A stretch of DNA of 63,910 nucleotides, filler included, from Bipalium vagum (Eukaryota): NCBI GenBank assembly GCA_037834085.1. It is 3 parts of 3 records of this genome, joined end to end, with 100 filler letters (N's around TTAATTAATTAA, not from the genome) between each part and the next. Parts side by side here need not be neighbours in the genome. Positions count along the whole stretch, not along the records: positions 40,803 to 63,910 come from JBBMKC010213146.1; 2 more parts are not named here. One strand, 5' to 3'. Numbering within the stretch: the stretch's first letter is position 1; every line of letters begins with the position of its first letter. The notes beneath the pieces are model-generated. The model saw only the letters and a list, made by a program, of their open reading frames with translations. It was not told where the DNA came from and made no database searches. The position numbers and the translations under genes were made by a program. Below are positions 58,050-63,910 of the stretch, piece by piece.

Positions 58050-59050
58050 TACTCTGACCGCCACAACCGAAAACTTTTACCCGAATCTCTCAAGCCGAAA
58101 CCATTTAGAAAAACGTATACTGAGAAAGAATGTGAGAGGATTACCTTCTAGTGCTGATTGAGAATGAGCTTCGAACAAAAAAGGAAATAACTTATCCGAA
58201 AGCCGATTATGTATAGCGAATAAGAAAAAACATTCAGCAAATCAAAATAAAAGCCAGGGATCTTAAAGAAGCGTTCAATTATAAGCGTTGGGATGAGAAA
58301 GTCGATGTGTATGTGAAAAGTATTGGTGAGTTTGTAGACCCATTAATGAAATAAACATGGGATAAAGCGTGAATTATGATGATATGAAAACATCTAAAAG
58401 GAAAGGAGAAAAGGGATTCAGAAGAGATTGTAAATGAGGTGAAGGGATTTGATAAAAGAAGATTGGTAGAAGTAGAGGTAAAAGTCTTCTGTAACAGAGT
58501 TGTAGAGAAGACGAAAGCTGAGATTAGAAAAGCAGGATACAATTACCAAAAGTTCAGAAGTTGACTTGATCGGAACCTTGGAAAACTATAGATATACGGT
58601 TTCAGAATAAAAGGAAATTAATTGGTGATGTGAAAAGTAGTTGTGAGAACAAGAAAGATCCAAATCAAAAGAGAATTGGAAAGTTGAACAGATTTTTAAA
58701 AAAAGATTATTAGTAATAGCAACAAAATTGAGATAATATCAGTAAAAAGTTTTAAATAACAGAGTATCAAATATAATGTGATGTTTTGAAGGCCAAACAT
58801 GACTACAGTAGTAATATACAGAGCTTCATTAAATGTAATGAGTGTGAAAATATTTCGAGGGATATGAAGTGCACAAGTACAAAGATATGTGGAGACCATA
58901 AAAATAGCAAAGACAATACAATGAATATTGTAAGAAAGAACGTGGTGTTTATATCGAAAATAAAACTGGATCAATGTATCTTCAGTGAAAAATGGAAGTG
59001 GCACGTATATGTAACATTGAAAGAAAGTTTCGAAGAGTTGTTAAAGATGA
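58050..59050 (+). mobile_element. gag/ORF1-like retroelement remnant
   Basis: Purine-rich decayed coding sequence ending in degenerate knuckles IKCNEC...KCTSTKICGDH; flanked by direct repeats. Confidence 0.35.
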
Positions 59051-61019
59051 GAAGCGTTTATTGAATTTGTAAAAATTATTTTATTTTTTTCTCTTAATTA
59101 ATAAAATATTAAAAACTGTTTCAATTTTTAAAATCGCAGCAATCAGATAAAATAAAAAATTTTCCTTTACCATCAGTATATATCGAAATTCTTGTATTAT
59201 AACAAGAGTAATAAATTATATATAATAAATTGTGTATATAATGCAATATTCAATAAAATTCGAAAGTAATAATTTTTACAGAAATTAATAAATATTTAAA
59301 TACAACTGTTAATTGTAGAGCATTCATTAAAATAAAATTATTCATATTTAACAAATATTTTTCCTATAATTTATGCAAATACATATCATAATGGATAAAG
59401 TACTTCATTTTATCGATTCTTTTTAAGATGGAATAATCTACTTTGGCAGACTTCAAAAACTTTCTATTTAAAAACAATATTAAACTGAAAAATAAATATT
59501 CATATATCCGAATTTTAAGAAATTAAATAAAAATTTTATTTTTCCATAAAAAAATATTTTTATCTATTTGATTAACTTTATAAATATATTTATGCATTTA
59601 ATTTTTTATCTAATTATTTTTCAGAAACTATTTACAAAATATGTCCAGAAGAATTTATATTCAACAATTCTAAAAGATACAAGACTATAGCGTAATTTTA
59701 ATAAGATCAAATTTAAATAAATTGTTCTAAAAATAAAAGTTATCTGATCTGTCAAGTTATTTTATAAAAATAAAATAAAAAAACTTTACTAATTTTCTAT
59801 TTTTAAATTTATAAAAGATTAAATATTAAAATATATAGAAATTCAATAACAAACAGTTCACATGATATAAGGTTTTGATATTTTTTAATAACTAAGCAAA
59901 TAATCAAATAAGATATTTCCAAAGACCTGTATTATTTAAAACAAAAAATAGAGCGAAGATGAAAAAATTTAGATTATTCTATAAATAATAAAGTTAAATT
60001 AATTATTAAATATTAATTTATTGATTATATACTCAAAGTGATAATCATTTCAAAGTTTTTTGAATAACCTTTTCGATTAAAATAATTCTTCAAAATAAAT
60101 AAATGGTTTTCTTATTTTTTTAGTCTAGACATTTGACTATTAAAATTAAAGTTTAATGAATTTGGTTTTGCTAATAATTAATTTAATTTAATTTATTCAG
60201 TGTCAAATTTTTAATTAATAATGTCAATAAAACCAATTTAAAAATTAATTACAATAAAAAACAATTTTCATTTTCAGTTCATCTAATGTAAAAGAAGAGA
60301 TGATTTTTACGACAAAGCAAATTATTTGAACAGATGAACTAATTTGATATCATCCATATTAGAAAAGATTAATTTTGTTATTATCCACAAACTTCGATAT
60401 TTTAAGTTATTAAATTTTATATTAAATTTTATTTAATAACATAAAAATTATATTTATTAATTAATGGGAAAATTAATATTACTAATATCCGAAATTTTTA
60501 CATAATAATTTTATTCATTTATTATAAAATTCTACTGTTAATACTTTATTATTAACCACTTACGCTTAATCTAACTTACCTTTTTTATTATGATTAGGTT
60601 CTACGTAATCCTAATAAATAAAACAAAATAACAAATAGCAAAACTAAAAATGATTAAACTTAAACTCAGAATCTCAAGGAAGATTCCTATTAGTCTCGAA
60701 ACATCTTAAATCGATAGTCAACAGCCTTCTGAATTATACTGATTACAAATCTATCCTATAGACCGATAACGTCAACTGGTTCTCTTCACATACCCCAAAT
60801 CAACTTCTGACATAACGCCAACAATTAAATAGTAATAAAAATCAAAACACATTAATAACTAAAAGTCCGAAATGGTTAATTTAAGATAGATCAATTACAA
60901 TTATATATTTTATAGAGCGAGTTAAAAATGGCATTTATCGTCAAAAAACCCAGGAAAATGGCATTTAGAATATAAAAGGTTATTACATAACAAGATTTAT
61001 TTTTGGAAAAATGTGAGAA

Positions 61020-63120
61020 ATAATGATAAATATTTTTACTTCTTAAATTTCAGTCTTCAGCAAACATTTTTCCTAAAATCTAAAGTATTCACTCTACTGT
61101 AATACTGGTTGGGGGACATTTATTTAAATTTATATAATCAAATGGAGATATTTCTTCTTTATCAAATAATAGTTATTTGGATACCCCATTATTCCTTAAT
61201 CTCTTTTGTACATAACTTTTTAATTCTAAAGAGTCTTTTCCGAAATCTAAGTTTAAAAAGGCGTGATATCTTGTTTCAATATTATATTTTGAATCCTCAA
61301 ATTTATCTAAAATATCAATAAGACCATTATAATTTTCTATTATTTCCACTATTTCTAAAAATAAATTTTCATTATCCAAAGCCTCTTTAACACGCTTAAT
61401 TAATATCCCTTCATCTTTCATAGAGTTAACAATTTTTTAATAACTGATAAATTCTTATAATAATAGAATACTGCTTTCAGCCATGTAGACCATCTAGTAT
61501 AACTTCTGGAGGCTTTCCTATGTCTTTGAAAAGAGCTGAATTGCTTTTATTTTTTATTGTGATTAGTTTAATTCTGGTTATACAATTATCAACATTAATA
61601 TAGCTTGATTTTATTCTCATGGCACAATTTTGAATTAAATGTACAAGGAAAGTTATATGATAAAAGGACTTGTTTGGTTATTTAATACTATAAAAGATTT
61701 TTTCATATATTTGGCTGCGTTCGTAATTATTAAAGTTGGCTCAGCTTTACATTGAAGAGATTTACAGGGTGCCTCAACTATTTGAGGACAAAATTTGATA
61801 TTAAAGGTAAGTAATATTTTTAATGAAAAGTATGTATATTTTTAACCTTATTTGTTTAAAGTACACTAGTTTTTATTTATTCAATAAAATCACCTTCAGT
61901 GTCAATTACAGCTTCAAGACGACTTCTGAAAAACTTACAAGCCGCAATCAAATGGTTTTTGTTCCTATTTATCATAGTAGAACTTATAGAAACCCGTAAT
62001 GAATCTTTGGTATTATGAGGATGTTTGTTAGTCTTCCTCTCTACGACACTCCATACGAAATAGTCAGAAGGATTTAAATCGGGTGAGCTATGGGTCATAA
62101 GTTTGGAGTGACATAATCGTTGAAATTTAGCGATATTCATTTTTGTGTTTTTAATGCTGTATGGCAGGGAGCTGAGTCTTGTTGGAACATATAAGGCCTT
62201 CGTAGGCACCTTTTTCAACCCAGGGCTTCACATATGTATCCAGACACTCGATATAAAGAGTCGCATTAATTCTAAGTCCCTGTAAAAAGAAATACGGAGG
62301 CATAACATGACCTTCGCTGCTCACAACACCCAATATCATTAAAGATGATGAAACTTGGTGTGCATAGCATTAGGGACTTCAGAAGCACTGGAGCACAGCC
62401 ATCGATAGTTCCTCCTATTAATTAACCTTTTGATCTTGAGTAAAAAGTTTTTCATCAGAAAAGAACCATAGCATGCTTGGATGACCAGGATGATTGATTT
62501 TGTTTAAAAGACGCTTCGAGCGGATTAAACGATTTTCTTTGCTTTTTGCCAATTTTTCTCATTGATGTTCCGGGACTTTCATGAACAACATTCTGGACTT
62601 TTTGAACAAAATTAACATTTCTGAAAATGTCTAAACGTGAGAAATTTGTTTTTCTTTTAGATATAGAGGAGACATTTCGATCAGATGCCAAACATTCCTT
62701 TCTAATTTTATTGATAAACGATCTGACCACATTAAGAAATTTTTAAGTCACTGTGTCCGGCGGCTAATGCAACAATAATTGCGTGCCTTTTCATTTCTTG
62801 TGTTAATTCAAAAGTTATCTCTTCCATTTCTAAATTAAAAAATAATTATTTAATGTTGTATCGGAAAATTGAGCAAATCAATTTTAGCGCCACTAGAAAA
62901 ATTATCATGTATTTTAACAATTTTTTTCCTCAAATAGCTGACGCAATTTACATCTAGATAATTCAAAATAACCTCATTGTCAATTGAAAAATTTACCACC
63001 TCAATTACGTTTAATACAAATATATTACTGGGATTTATTATACCAGCTAATATATTTATATATTTATTACATCTATTAATTATCTATTTATTACATCTAT
63101 TACATCTAATAATTAGATAG
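61020..63120 (-). mobile_element. hAT-type (DUF659-like) transposase remnant split by a maT element
   Basis: Reverse strand: KYINILAG (right of maT), LIITNAAKYM, HITFLVHLIQNCAMRI, PPEVI(T)RWSTWLKAVFYY, and C-terminal PTSITVE...KMFAED. Confidence 0.75.
61765..62950 (-). mobile_element. maT (DD37D) transposon, near full length, decayed
   Basis: TIRs TA-CAGGGTGCCTCAACTATTTGAGGA / TCCTCAAATAGCTGACGCA; WFFSDE, MILGVVSSEGHVMPPYFF, FQQDSAPCHTA, SPDLNPSDYFVWSVVE. Confidence 0.9.
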
Positions 63121-63835
63121 AACCTTAGATAGTGATTAAAAATAAAATTAATTAAATATTAATAATAAGCTGTCAATATAATCAATATATAAATTATTAT
63201 ATATTATTAATATATTAGCAAAAATTTAATGGGCATCTATATTTAAGTTTTAGGATGGTATTTTAATAAGTTTAATATTCGGCGGAATGTAGGGCAGCGG
63301 TGGCTAAAATAACCATAATTTTTGAAAATGCTGATGATAAATGATTTTTAAATATTGAATATATAAAATAATGAAGATTTAAGGTTAGTTGAATGAAATT
63401 TCAAAAATGAAAATTTTTATTAAAGTAGAAAAAAAATTTCTCTACACTGATTGATAATCAAATTAATTTTAAAGGGGTTATGTAAGAACAAAAAGTGAAT
63501 ATGTGACATAGGAATATTAAATTTTTTTCAGGTTCTTAGATGACAGAATATTTTTAAGACCTTTATTTTATTAAGTCAATGTACATGGACGTTCATGGAA
63601 AGTACAATAAGTTATAAATCGCTACACAGAATTATATAAAAGATTCAGTAAATAAAAATTATATATAATAAATAAACAAAATATACAATTCAATAAGAAG
63701 CATATCAAAATTTCGATACATACATTATGCTATAACACGACTTATACATTTCAAACAACGAACCGAATCCTACTTAGTTTTGGATAAATCAAAGAATGAA
63801 ATTTCATGAAGAGTTTACATATAATTTTATAAATA

Positions 63836-63910
63836 CAGTGATGGTAAAAAGTCTTGCATCACCCTAAAAATCTTGATTTTTTTAACATTTAATGCCGATA
63901 TCAAGATTAT
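63836..63910. mobile_element. possible Tc1-like TIR at window edge
   Basis: TA-CAGTGATGGTAAAAAGTCTTGCATCACCC. Confidence 0.4.

Noticed and set aside
60536-60830. Additional TG...CA LTR-like segment (similar start at 20460)
   Set aside because: No matching TSD or clear homology established by eye.

Overview
Very AT-rich eukaryotic (invertebrate animal) genomic scaffold with two artificial 100-nt gap linkers (N44-TTAATTAATTAA-N44 at 20679 and 40703). Host genes: (1) ALDH6A1 / methylmalonate-semialdehyde dehydrogenase, 7 visible coding exons at 429-6326, 5' exon not found; (2) a tandem pair of YY1/Pho-type four-finger C2H2 genes (9727-10775 divergent; 13092-15015 near-canonical) that share an unusual N-terminal DPLxxxLMNLD motif and show no REPO domain; (3) the first coding exon of a Piccolo/Bassoon/RIM-like presynaptic scaffold (25463-25830, MGNEESL myristoylation-type start plus a Rab-binding-type helix) followed by what looks like a very long intron. 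The remainder is mostly decayed, often nested mobile DNA: many Tc1/mariner lineages, a hAT remnant, a MITE, TG...CA solo LTRs with 4-bp TSDs, non-LTR remnants and a Polinton/adintovirus-like gene cluster (membrane protein, minor capsid, packaging ATPase; 18560-20150). A decayed RIM-binding-protein (RIMBP) FN3 pseudogene lies at ~51930-52385. All family calls come from manual translation and recalled motifs; no database searches were run.
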